A DNA stretch of 64,000 bases, taken from NCBI GenBank assembly GCA_051362555.1, contig CM120644.1, positions 504,954-568,953 of the forward strand, read 5' to 3'. The notes beneath the pieces were generated by a model that did not search any database, had not been told where the DNA came from, and saw only the letters and a list, made by a program, of their open reading frames with translations. A program made the position numbers and the translations under genes. Positions 37,911 through 64,000 of this stretch are shown one piece after another; position 1 is the first letter of the stretch; every line of letters begins with the position of its first letter. This stretch comes from Lingula anatina. Its lineage: Eukaryota; Animalia; Brachiopoda.

Positions 37911-38240
37911 GATCACGATTGAACTGAGTCAATGCTTTACCCAACAAGGCATTGACTGAAGGGTTGCTACGTGTAAAGGTTACGCTATCACAGATGTTTG
38001 GGTTATGTCTTGCACCCACCAATGAGAAAATGATAAAACACGTGAAAATTGAAACATAGAGTGCAAATGAAAGGTTACAGAACATGTCAGATAGAATTAC
38101 ATGGTTGTGGTGGAGAGGGTAAAAACAAATATTTCACAAATAATTAAAGGTCTTACCTTGAATTGCTGCTTTGTTAGTACCAGTACCAGTAGGCCTACAC
38201 AATAATTCCACTAACTCCGCATATTAATCCTCGTCCTAGA

Positions 38241-38453
38241 GGGCATTCCCAGAGATTTAGATCGATCTTACTAGATCGACCTAACTCCCTGGGGGTTCAC
38301 GCTAAATTGCAGTCAGCCGACCGCGCACGGAAGTTAATTACCCCCTTACAGCTATTAGTCGGCGGGACGGACATTTAAGCTGGATTATATGGCAGTAATC
38401 TAGTGAGACTCCCCACGGGGATAGATCGATATTAAATCTATGGGAATGCGCCC
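38241..38453. mobile_element. Fold-back MITE (tagatcgatc family)
   Basis: gggcattcccagagatttagatcgatc...gatcgatattaaatctatgggaatgcgccc; close to 63426-63638. Confidence 0.8.
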
Positions 38454-39396
38454 CTCGTGTTTAAAGCTCCACTGGAGGCAAGTGATAAACTCACTCATTT
38501 ACATATTTTGTTTATATAGTCAGTCATTATTATCATTCACTTAGCTTCATTCTTCCATGACTATTATATCATTCTCTGTGTAAGTATGCCTGGGGCAAAT
38601 GCATATATCTGATGAGTAGAAACCCTCACTTGTTAACTACTGCATTGCAATTAGTATTTAAATCAGTTGCTGCCACTTTGTTTGCAGATCAACCCGGGAG
38701 CCACCGGCTCATATGACGGTTATTTAGGAAAATATTAGATTTGGCCTCGTTTTCAAAAAGGGGAGCGGTAGCTCTAAGAAAATGGCGGGATAAGAAGGTA
38801 TAAGATGTACATATGTTTATACAATGACAGGTTGATTTATATACTAAAAATTCAACAGGACAATACAGTATAGGCTTAAGTTACATTTTATACACCAAAG
38901 GAATGTTCGTGTATCGATTTCAATCAGTATTTTCTTACGTTACTGGCTAATAGCACAATGGCCGCACACAAAACGTCATTGTAAACATAGACCTTTGAAT
39001 TGTGCCAAATGTAGCTTAAGGGCTTTTTTCTTTAACTGTTCCTGCTTTTTCATAGTTTGGTATTCGTTTTTGAACAATTTTTAAAATGTGCGATGGCCTG
39101 TAACTTGTAGGTTTTCACCATTTCCAACAAGCTGTATAGTCTCCGTACCGGGTATCTATCATTTAGTTGATGGAGTGATGGCAGTGGCGTTCTGGTCTCA
39201 AATATGGAATGAATGTCACCGTTTAAGTGAAATATTTGAAACTTGGCTTCTTCAGCAATTTCTTCGTGTTTTTGCGTGAATAATATTAAGTGGTTTGCAA
39301 AATGACATTGTCATCCGTCCTGCATACACGTATACAATACGTATGTGCATATGGTGGTGTTCCGGTACTTGTTTGCAAGGCGGTGTGTGTATAGGG

Positions 39397-39434
<38 letters not shown>

Positions 39435-40057
39435 GGGGGGGATTGGTAGGTACTAGTAGCTGTGGAAAATACAGTATTGTCAACTAACCATAGGCATGTT
39501 TCAAAAGATGAATCTTAAATTATGGCTTTAAACATGTTTACATTTTTGCTGAGGGGGGCGTGTGCAAATGTATTGTGTTAATCTTTTTAGAAAAAACATG
39601 TAAATCCCAAATAAGTTTGATTGCATTGGTTGGGGGTTTTGAGTGGAAGTGTGTCATAAAAATGCAAGTATAACAGAGATGAATAATATGTATGTGTGCA
39701 TGTACATTAAATGAAACAGGATCTTCAATGAATAGGGCGTGATAGTGGGAAACACCGCAATTTGTGGTGCTCTGACTTGCATGTGTTTTCTAATATTTTC
39801 AGACCTTGATTCAAATTGGGTTTTTAATTGATGATGGGTGTGCAACTTTGCCTAAAGTTCAATTTCAGATGATTTTTGTTTATCATTACTGTTATGAATT
39901 ATGTATAAATAGTGCAGTTTAAGGTGAAGATCGATTGTAAATAGTGCTGTTTAAGATAAAGATTGATTGTTATAGGCTACAAAGATTGCAATTAATTTAT
40001 CACCAACTGGCTAATTAATGCACAATGTAATGTAAAATAACAATTTTTGCAACATAC

Positions 40058-40280
40058 ACCCCATTTCCATAGATTTTTAGATCGATCTATCCCTGTGGGG
40101 AGTCACTAGATTACTGTCAGCTTGGCCGGCTTAAGCGTCTGTCCCGCCTACTAAAAGCTGTAAGGGGGTAATTAACTATGGTGCCCGCTCGGCTGACTGC
40201 AATTTAGCCTGAACCCCCAGGGAGTTAGGTCGATCTAAAACTTAATCTTTAGATCGATCTAAATCTCTGGGAAAGCACCC
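40058..40280. mobile_element. Fold-back MITE, inverted copy of 38241-38453
   Basis: Reverse-complement similarity along its whole length. Confidence 0.8.
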
Positions 40281-41493
40281 ATATACAGTACATGTACCCC
40301 TGGTATATATATATTTGCACAGTTTTAATAACTTAAGGGTGTAACAATCTTGACATTTTCTGTTGGTGATACCATGTTTCAGACTAGTTGAAATGTCTCA
40401 GAGTAGTTGAAATGTAAAAATAAAATAAAATAAAATAAAATAAAATAAAATATAACAATGTAACTACATATAAATTGTCTTTCATTTGTTATTTTTCATG
40501 TTTTAATGAAAGGCATACCCTCATCAGTTGGCCTCATGTAATAAAAAAAGGGTTATTTACAAGGGAAAAAAATTAAAATTCATTTACATTAGCACCATGG
40601 TAAGTGCCAAGAAAAATTATTTTCCTTGTCCCCAATTCTTAGTTGCTCTATGTTACTGTGTGAGGGAAAAATTAAAACGTGCTGAAGTGCTTGAGAAAGA
40701 ACTATGTCAAAGCGAGGTTAATATACGGATGTTGTAAGTTCGAGTTCTAGGCTTACGCGGCCGTGAATTGATTTGTGCCATTCACAGCTTATGCAAATTT
40801 CTTTACATTGACAGAAAGCTGAATAAATTTGCCACAACTTACTGGTAATTAAAAGTTGTGCGGACAGCCCGAGAGCCGCTGGTTCATATGACCGTTATTT
40901 TCCCAATTATTAGATCGTGGCCTCGTTTTTAAACAGGATCTCGACTCTCCAAGAAAATACGGCGGGAAACGGGCATAAAGAAGGGTAAGATTAATACGTG
41001 ATTATGGAATAACTGTAGAGGTATATCTTATAAAACTTGGCCGAACATTTTATTATATACTTAACTTATATTGCATACATCAAATGACATTTATTTCACG
41101 GAGTATTCTCTGATTTTACTTGCTTGCACCAAAATGCTTTTTTGAATTATGACAAATGCAGCTTAACGGGGTTTTTTTCTCTGTTAAGATTTTTAGACAG
41201 CTGAACAATTACTTTTGAACATGTGAACATTCTGGGATCCGGAGATACTTCTGTCTTATAGACTTTGAACATATTTCTAACAAGGTGTATATTACGCTTA
41301 ATGACCATTGTGTCAAGTGGGGGCTGTGGCAGTCATGGCGTATTTCATGAAGAAATCTTCAAAATTTTAGCCGATTCACAAGTATAAGACTTCCGGTTTT
41401 TTCGAAAAGCCACCTAGTGGCAGACCGATCGCCCCTGTGCTGAAACATTTTCGTGTTAGCCGATGAAAATTCAATGTTCAAATTATAAAGTAA

Positions 41494-42645
41494 TCATTTT
41501 ATAAACTGCAGATCATCAGGGGGTTTGCATGTACCATACCAACTACGTATGTCATGAGCGCTGTAGGATTTCACTGGTTCCGTTGGAGAATGAAGTTTGG
41601 CGCAAATATCACAATAACCACGAATCCAAGAAGAGACTTGAATACCAGCCTTTGATTGCAACAACTTGGCATATTCAACGTCGTCTTTATCTAGTTCTTT
41701 CAGTCTGTGTGCCAGCTCTTTGGGAGACTTAAAGTCGTGTGTGTCTATGTGCCAGGACGGAGGGATGCCAAGACGCGTGTAGTTGGCACCTGAACGTGTG
41801 ACCGGGATAACGTCCAATGGGAGGATTTTATATAATTTTTCTGTGACATAATCCGTAGCAAAACTATTTTCAAATGAAAGATAAAATTTGTACGTTTTGT
41901 CATACATATCGCTACATTTAGTGTCCCTGTCGAGTCCACATTTGAATGACCCGCAACCCCCATAAATGTCCACGCTCATATATTTCTGTAATTCCTTCAC
42001 ATATTGCATACGTCGACTTTCAGCATTACAATTGCTGACTGCCCAGGCCGCTAATTTAGTTTTGCTCTTGGCAACTGATAGGAAATCCCTTTTCTTGGCT
42101 TCATCGTGTTTTTTGTCAAGGAGGGGGAATCCGTATGGACTGTAGATGTCGCTGTCCATCCTATAAGTCATCGTCCAGTTGAATGTCCAATCACTGGATA
42201 ACTTCGAGTGACATGGACTCTCGTGATTGGTCCATATCCAGCGCGTTTTGGGATTCCGTTTTTCTGGTTTTTTACCTAACGCCCTACCCATGAAAATGAT
42301 GGCATCGGCATCATAGGCAGCACTCTTATCCTCCGTCACCTTACAGTTACCCACGGGACACTTCAAGCCCTCGAATGAGGTGTGATATTTTTTCAACCCG
42401 AAGTAGTTAAAACCAGAAGAATTGGGAATCCAATATAAAATAAGTTTAACATCCTTTGATGCATCCGAAATGCTCGCTGCACTCTTTGGATGTGTTTGAC
42501 GCTCCTGAAATCCGCTCTTGTGAAGATTTTTGTATTTTGGCGGTGGTATTATAAACTTTGGCAACAACAGCAGTCCGAACATGAGTGCGGACACGATGAC
42601 TGTACCAAAAACGTTTTGTACACGTAGCAACACGTTCAGTGTCAT
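41494..42645 (-). CDS. Alpha-1,3-fucosyltransferase, GT10 (copy 5)
   Basis: ATG at 42645 (MTLNVLL), homologous to the other copies' starts; the track's start at 42660 is TTG. Contains FENSFATDYVTEK. 9-aa stem deletion relative to copy 4. Confidence 0.95.
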   Translation of the reverse strand: MTLNVLLRVQNVFGTVIVSALMFGLLLLPKFIIPPPKYKNLHKSGFQERQTHPKSAASISDASKDVKLILYWIPNSSGFNYFGLKKYHTSFEGLKCPVGNCKVTEDKSAAYDADAIIFMGRALGKKPEKRNPKTRWIWTNHESPCHSKLSSDWTFNWTMTYRMDSDIYSPYGFPLLDKKHDEAKKRDFLSVAKSKTKLAAWAVSNCNAESRRMQYVKELQKYMSVDIYGGCGSFKCGLDRDTKCSDMYDKTYKFYLSFENSFATDYVTEKLYKILPLDVIPVTRSGANYTRLGIPPSWHIDTHDFKSPKELAHRLKELDKDDVEYAKLLQSKAGIQVSSWIRGYCDICAKLHSPTEPVKSYSAHDIRSWYGTCKPPDDLQFIK

Positions 42646-43459
42646 GGCTGGACAGGACAAGATTTACAGATCTACGAAACAGATGGCAGGCTTTTATACA
42701 GGGGTAGAAATCCTTACTTGACGAAGATATCCAACTATCCAAGACGACAGGCTTTTATGTAAATCCTTTTAACCAAGACGTCCAACGCTCCAAAAAGACA
42801 AAGGCTTTTCTATAAATCCTTCTTAAAATGGATGTTAACAAATCCTGCTATTAGGTCTAGGAAGGTGTCAGAGTACACTCATCTGAAAGTCAAAAAAAAC
42901 AAAAAAAACAAACAAACAAAAGATGTTACCTTAATATCTTATTACCACGCAGTTAAATGGCACACCAATGCTCAAAAACTTTTTGAAAAAAGTACGTGTG
43001 AATGATTTGATTCATCCAGTCGGTTTGCTATGTGAACCAAAAAGGCAAATCCTAGTACTGGACATACCTAATTTCTCAGCGCATCTGCGCTGTGGCCGAC
43101 TGTCTCTGCTGCTTTTGTAGTAAATAATTATTACTCATTCTTGCTAACCACTTTGTGATGTCCATGGTCATCAATTACCAAATTACTAAGAGTTGAACGT
43201 ATATACGGTACCACCAAGCTGACTTGCGGGTGGATGGACTAGTGCGCTGAAATGACCATAAACAGCAATTTCAAAAAAATTCAAGATCATTATAGAAATA
43301 AAATGGACCGAGTTTGCTTTTAAGATCAAAACCAATCTGACATCTATTGGTCCAGCAATCCTCCGATCTCCCACAATGGGGGTACCTCTCTTCACAATGG
43401 GAGGACGTTACTTAATTCGAAGTCAGTCCAGCTGTACTGTAGTGTCACTCATTGGTTAA

Positions 43460-43916
43460 AGGGATAATAACTCTTCGTATAAGATCTGTACTGTAGTATT
43501 TCACAATAAAAACACTGTAATCAACTTATGGAAATATAATGTATTCTGTTTTACCAAAAAAAACGGTAGTTATAGATTTATTCTGATATCTGAGCTTGTC
43601 ATCGGACCACGTGACCTCCATAGATGACTACATGTATACTATGTACATAGAAGTAGAGAAAGTGGCGCTTTCTCTACTTTTTTGACTCTGTAATAATCTC
43701 TCAAGAGATCTCTTAAGAGATAATTACGCTTTCTCTACTTCTATGACTCTGTAATAATCTCTTCAGAGATTATTACACAAAAACAATTTTTCAGAAAAAA
43801 AACAGGACCTAATTTTGAATGTAGAAATGGATTCATGAACCATTGGTAAGTATGGGAAAATTGTTATTTAGTCCAGGAAAATTCATTTTTGGCCAAAACG
43901 AACAGTTATTATCCCT
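43460..43916. mobile_element. TTAA-flanked Kolobok-like MITE
   Basis: TTAA at 43456-43459 and 43917-43920; TIR agggataataact. Empty TTAA site at ~36103-36106 in the copy 4 paralogous region. Confidence 0.8.
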
Positions 43917-46900
43917 TTAAGACTATTATAAATCGTTTGTGATCTGAAAATGGTTTTCGTGATCATTTCAGGCGCACTAGCGATGTTTCCCCAAATTAAC
44001 CAAAAGTATGGCAGGCTAAAGCGCTAATACCTGTATATCCCATTTTGATTTTTTGTTTGTGAAAACTGTCCATGTCACCCTTATTCTTTTAACTGAACAC
44101 CCTGTTAGTTTGGAATGCTAAGCCTGATCAAGTCTCTGTCAAAATTCTTTGAGGTTTGCAGAAAAAGTCTCCCTTTGTTTCTCTGGCTCCTAAATTAGCC
44201 CAATGTCTATATTTTTATCTACTCACTAGTGCCCCCAGGTCTGCTGGAGCTGCTCTTTTACAATAACGCACTGGCAGATTTTTACCTGAGATAAATATTG
44301 CCAGCGACCGTGCGTTCGTTGCATTCAAGACAAAGGCTACCTGGGAGTTAAAGGGCACTTACCCTCCAATTAAGAAGTACAGGAAGTTCTAGTCAGATGG
44401 ACGATTAAGATAAGACTTTTAAAGGTAACTAGCATTATTTGCCTATGAAGGCAAGCGAGACGGGGTGTCAGAACACTGGGGCGTATATTATTTACACGTT
44501 TGCACACACAGGAGACTTAAACTTACAATCGAAGAGGATTTGCTATTATATTCTATGTAAAATATACTAAATGTTGAGAATATAAAATCATGGTCGGCCT
44601 GAAAAATGTACACACAGTGCATAAGTTCGTAGGTGTGACTAGTTACACCCTTGAATAAAATAAATAACATAAAACAAGGTGGAATATAGTGAGATACATA
44701 AAATTACATAGAGTGAAAAAGAAAATTAATTAAAACCAAATTTAAAAGTATCCCCACAATCGTTAATTTCATTCCTACGGCATGCATCCAGACTTTGAAA
44801 ATGTCTCACGTACTTAGAGGCTCCAGTAGTGGAATGGTATGCTACGTCTGAAGGCTTGCATCGTGTAAAGGTTACGCTATCACAAAAGGCGGGCCATGGT
44901 AATGGCATGCACCCACCAACGAGACAATGATTAAATACATGAAAATTGAAACAAAGAGGGCATATGAAAGTTTAGCCTACAGAAAATGGTAGATGGAATA
45001 GAATTGTTGGGGTTGAGAGGGAAACAAAGAAATATTTCAAAAATATTTAAAGGTCTTACCTTGAATTGCTGTTTTGTTAGTATCAGTACATAGTACAGGT
45101 AGCTTCACAAACTCTGCGTGTTATTCCTCGTCCTGGTGTCGCTGCTCAGCATGTAAACGATGTCCACGGAGGGTCGCCAAGGTCACATGGTCCTAATATA
45201 TGCTAATATATGCTAAGGTATAGATATGAGCAATTACGCAAATTACACTTATCAGTAGGTTGTGCCGAAACATGCAGATACCTTGACGGCGGATGATGAT
45301 CAGAGAACGTGGAAGAGTACCCTCTGATACCAATGATATACATATAGAAAATTTACAAAAATGAAAAATTCTGATACAAAACTTAAGTAGCCAAGAATTC
45401 TCGCTTTTTTTTATCAGAGAGTATGAGTGTGGCATGTATGCAGGACAGAGGCAAATTAGATAAAACATGTTGATTATTATGATTATACAATGTGGAATTG
45501 GTGCAGGATTCCACAAGGATGGGAAAAACGAAATGACCTGGCGGCAGGAAGAACCCCTGAATGTTAGCATGATCAAAACGATTGAAGTCATGTACCCGGT
45601 ATATAAAACTATAATCTGTTTTTAGTTATTAATTAGAGAATGGTAATGCACCAATTGCATTGTTGGTATTATATTAGGCCTATATTGTAAGAGGTCGTGA
45701 TAATTTATGTTGCAGTACAGAATTATTAATTGAAAATTGAATTGAATTAAAAATTTTATAAGAGCTTGAACCCATTATTGTACATGTGTAATTGGTTCAA
45801 GATAAGAGACACAAAAATGAGTAGGCCCCCAATGTCTCGTGAACGTCCCCTATAACGTTAATTATAATCGAGCATATTTGTGTTATAGGCCTACGCGTGT
45901 AAGTTATATAGAAGTTTTATGTCAGAAAATCACGTATTACTCATCAATCAAATGTGCCGCGCAAAATAATAAGCCTATCATTTTATCCTGGTGGCTCTTT
46001 TCAAAGAAATTTCAACCAGATATGCATCTGTTGTGGGCGCCGCATTGATGGAGCGAATTTTCTCTTTCTAGATGAAAGGACCTTAATTTAGAAATAGAGA
46101 CAAATGAATAAATAAATACATGGATGTAAAAAACACTTAAAGTCAGTTAGACCTTCGTATAGTAAAAAATAAATTGATAGATAGATAGATAGATAGATAG
46201 ATCACCGATTCCCCTTAAGCGCTTTTTGCGGTAAGGCAGTCGGCAGAGTACTGGTTATACACATGTGCTTACTGTAGTAATGAGACCGTCATGTCTTGCT
46301 CTCCTGCTTTTAGAGATTCATAAACGTGACCTAGTTATGGAGAGGTGATTTTCATGGATCAGTTTAAACAAAAACATTGCCGAATTCGAACCGTTGCTCT
46401 CTGATCTTATCTCGCCGTGAGTTGAAATGCATTTATGTATTTGTTAAAAAGATATTTGGTTTTATAACTGCCCCAATAGTTTTGCATTGTGAGTTTTTAT
46501 TTGACATGTGAGGTCGATTTATCCTCGATGGCGAGAGACAGTAGTCACTGACTCACTTACTCAGGCAGGGGCTCGCCGTGATCTGTTGATGATTCTAAAA
46601 CCACGTAGAACTTTTAATATGGTACAAGAGACCACCATAATGGACAAAATCCCGATATAATGAATTAATTGTACAGAAAAAAATCGGAAAAAATCACCGT
46701 GACTTGCCCTTACAAGTTACATATGTATCCACTTACCAACTAGAAGTCATGGTCATTTACACTGTGGTGGCAGTACAATATAGTCTTGTTGATGAAAACT
46801 CAAAAAGACACTGAAACAATGCTAACATGATGTGGAAATGGGGATCGACACTAAGTTACATCATTACTTACGACATATATATTTAAAATTACCGGCATGG

Positions 46901-47117
46901 TTTCACTGTGAAAACACAGAACCAAGACATTTACTTTTACATATGTATTTTAACCAACCAACCAAACAAAAAAATATAAGCATTTGAGCAATTGTCTATC
47001 TGTCTGATTTAACAGATTTTACAATATTAATTGCTCTGCAGAGCAAAAAATACTTGTGCTCATTATGAATGTGAATTGGTTATAACAGCCTCTTCCCTGT
47101 CTTCCCTCAGGGTGGGG

Positions 47118-61132
<14,015 letters not shown>

Positions 61133-62203
61133 CTTTAGCTTTAAGTTAATAAACACTTTATTTTACTGATGACTAGGGGACTGCCTTTAATCTGTATCAG
61201 AAATGTTAGCAGCTCTCTTTGATGGCAGAGATAAAATAAAAGAGAGTTGGGAAATATATACATAAGAAAAAGGATGTAAAGTAGCATGGAAAAGGCGTGA
61301 AAAAGAGGAATGAATCTAGCTGTTTTTTTACCAGAGAAATACTGTGCTCTGTTGAGGATATGAGCACTGCCCAGATAAAAATTACAAAAATCTCGTTTTT
61401 ATCTTGATAAAGATAGAGGGTCCATTTTTTATTACTTTACTTAACTTTTGTATCCAATTTTTTTAAATGAAACATGAAAAGGAAAATTAGTAGTGGCTTT
61501 AGTTGATTCAGTTTGTTACAAACTTGCAAGACTTAGTTAAAAATGATCGTACAATGTAATTAGAGTAATGAACCTGACATCTAAATAGTGTCTTGTAAGG
61601 AAAGCATTGTTGAAAATATATATGCTAGTACAAGAAAAATTGGAAGCAAGCATAAAAAGTTCCAGAAAAAATACACTTTGCTTATTATTATTTTTATTCA
61701 TTTATATATAAAAGATAGGCATTGCTGAATTGGGACATATTTGCGCTTGTATGATTTTAGACAGAACAAATATTTTGACCAGAAAAAGAAAGTAAGATAT
61801 GATTGCTAATTTTAAAATGAAAATTTATTTATAAAGAATGGTTTGACAATAAGGTAAAGTTCATTTTACTCAAAAGAACATTTTTGTCTGTAATTTTGTA
61901 TGAAAGAAAAAATGTGAAATAAAGAAAATCCAAAGAGAAATTTGTTGTTAGAATTCATGAAACAGTTTTTTGAAAAGTAAGAGACTGTATTACGGTTATG
62001 GACAACAAGCTTTCGATGAGTTGAATCGATGGCCATTATTTTTAACGAATGAAGAACTTGTAGGAAATTCGATTTGAATGTAAGATTTAGCCCGTCTTGG
62101 GAGTAAACTCTTCTTACAAAGAAGGTACGTTTCACAAGAAGTCTTACCAGCAAGCAAAAGAGGGAGTGGCAGCTCATCTGTAGAAAAGGTTTAATTAATG
62201 AAA

Positions 62204-62791
62204 ATGACTTTCGAACTGGTAAGTAGTGGCATAGAAAGTAAGATAAAGTAATTGTGCATCTACAAATGAGGTGAAAATCGGTTAGTACAGATAGAAACTA
62301 GCATAGCGCAGTAATTTGAACAGTAGGCAGACTACGGCTAGAGCTGCCGGTGAGCTGCAGGTCAAAGGCCATTAAAGAAGCTGTAGCGCATTTCTGGGAG
62401 AGTGTAAAAACCACCTGCCAGACCAGGGATCGAACCCGGGACCTCTCGCTGACAGGGTTAGTGCTCCACCGCCTGAGCTATCCGGCCGTTCTACCCTGCG
62501 TCTGGCACTACTCCCCCCCCCCCAAAAAAAAAAAAAAAAAAATGCCGAAAGGCGCGAGCCCTAGCTTCTTCAGTTTTATGATACTGTCAACTCCTTTCTT
62601 CATACAGTACACTACATCATTCTTATTTTGCTATTCGTGGTTTGTAGGAGTTCCTCAAGGCAGCTGAAGATGTCAAGAACTTGAAATCCAAACCCACTGA
62701 TGCCGAGATGCTGGAGCTGTATGGGTTGTTTAAGCAGGCAATGATAGGAGATGTGAACACAGGTAACACATAGATTATTGCAGCTTAGAGA

Positions 62792-62827
<36 letters not shown>

Positions 62828-63912
62828 ATTAGAGAGAGAGATGTAGTAGATAGACCTGTAGACCTGATATAGTAGTTAGACTTCAGTTTTATAATATTAT
62901 CAACTGTTTTCTATTGTAGATAGACCTGGATGTTAGACTTCAGTTTTATAATACTGTCAACTGTTTTCTATTGTAGATAGACCTGGGATGTTAGACTTCA
63001 GTTTTATAATACTGTCAACTGTTTTCTATTGCAGATAGACCTGGGATGTTAGACTTCACAGGGAAGGCAAAGTGGGATGCCTGGGAAGGGAGGAAAGGTG
63101 AGAGACATGAGCCACATTTGAATATGCCACACCTTTTATGCTAACCAAAAAAAAAAAAAGAAAGAAAGAAAGAAAGAAGTGGACACTGTTGATTGTAGAT
63201 TTTAGCATCCCAACGGCTAACTTCTTTAATATGGAAGATAATCAATCACGATGATGAGTTAACATGATGTTTAAGAGCATGTAATTTGGCCAGTTACAAA
63301 CAGTTATAGACAACAGGAATGATTTTATAATGAAATACGTTTTGTTGCCTCTTGTGACAAAATGACAAAGGAAATAAAATTGTAAAAAGAGTAAACATTT
63401 TTGAACCTCACATGAAAGAGTAAGACCCCATTCCCAGAGATTAGATCAATCCAAACTAGATCGCCCTAACTCCCTGGGGGTTCACGCTGAATAGCTGTCA
63501 GCCGAGCGGGCACGAAAGTTAATTACCTCCTTACAGCTTGTAGTAGGCGGGACAGACATTTAAGCTGGATTATCTGACAGTAATCTAGTGAGACTCTCCA
63601 CGGGGATAGATCGATCTAAAATCTATGGGAATACGCCCTTAGTCTGGTGATCAAGACCCTTAATGAAGGGCCAGATTTAACCTGCCCAAAAACTTTTTTT
63701 GCCAAGAAGAATGATCACATACAAACTCAAAGGTTGTTGAAAGGTTGTGTTACCTGCAGTGTGAGTTTGAAGTGATTTATTCAAGATTTCAGTAAGTGCT
63801 GGGTAAACAGTGTCTTTTATTTCCTCATTTCCTAGGCATGTCCAAGGAGAATGCAATGGAGTTATATATTAGTGTGGCCAATAACCTGGTGGAAAAATAC
63901 GGCATGTTGTAA
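62204..63912 (+). CDS. ACBP: Acyl-CoA-binding protein (ACBP/DBI), 4 coding exons
   Basis: Exons 62204-62218 (MTFEL, tentative), 62648-62762, 63035-63097, 63836-63912 give [84 protein letters not shown]. Confidence 0.93.
62416..62487 (-). mobile_element. tRNA-derived SINE head / tRNA pseudogene in ACBP intron 1
   Basis: GGCCGGATAGCTCAGGCGGTGGAGCAC...GGGTTCGATCCCTGGTCTGGCA has A and B boxes and an acceptor stem, but the anticodon arm does not pair. Confidence 0.75.
62875..63058 (+). repeat. 57/58-bp tandem repeat duplicating the ACBP exon 3 acceptor (3 copies)
   Basis: ctgttttctattg(t/c)ag|atagacctgg(g)atgttagacttca, AG ending at 62919, 62976 and 63034. Confidence 0.92.
63426..63638. mobile_element. 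Fold-back MITE (tagatcgatc family) in ACBP intron 3
   Basis: Aligns along its length with 38241-38453. Confidence 0.8.
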
Positions 63913-64000
63913 ATGGTGAGTGACCTGGTGACCTGTGCTGTGACCTGTGCAGTAACCTCATTATTGAACTGTAAGTGTACCCATCTCTTGGATTTAGGTC

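Noticed and set aside
39397-39441. Long poly-G tract (poly-Pro ORF or G-quadruplex); similar tracts at ~6092 and ~18733
   Set aside because: Simple homopolymers with no supporting context.
62416-62487. Functional tRNA gene
   Set aside because: Anticodon stem does not pair; better explained as a SINE head.

Overview
AT-rich animal genomic DNA with spliceosomal introns, microsatellites, Tc1/hAT/Kolobok/Harbinger-like MITEs and an L2-type LINE. An invertebrate, possibly lophotrochozoan, origin is inference only. Bases ~1-45,200 hold an array of GT10 alpha-1,3-fucosyltransferase genes with intronless CDSs: one deleted remnant (-), one copy on + and four on -, embedded in nested transposons. Bases 47,118-61,132 hold a 27-coding-exon PAN2 poly(A) nuclease gene (+), followed by a 4-exon ACBP/DBI gene (+). 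Main unexplained signals: (1) tandem repeats built from splice junctions in PAN2 and ACBP, one a stop-free 75-bp in-frame array of 3' splice sites; (2) a Nab2/ZC3H14-like CCCH finger exon inside PAN2; (3) paralog-specific remodelling of the FucT 5' leaders (55-bp VNTR, solo LTR beside the ATG, duplicated start codon) plus mosaic paralogs. All coordinates were read by eye and no database searches were run.
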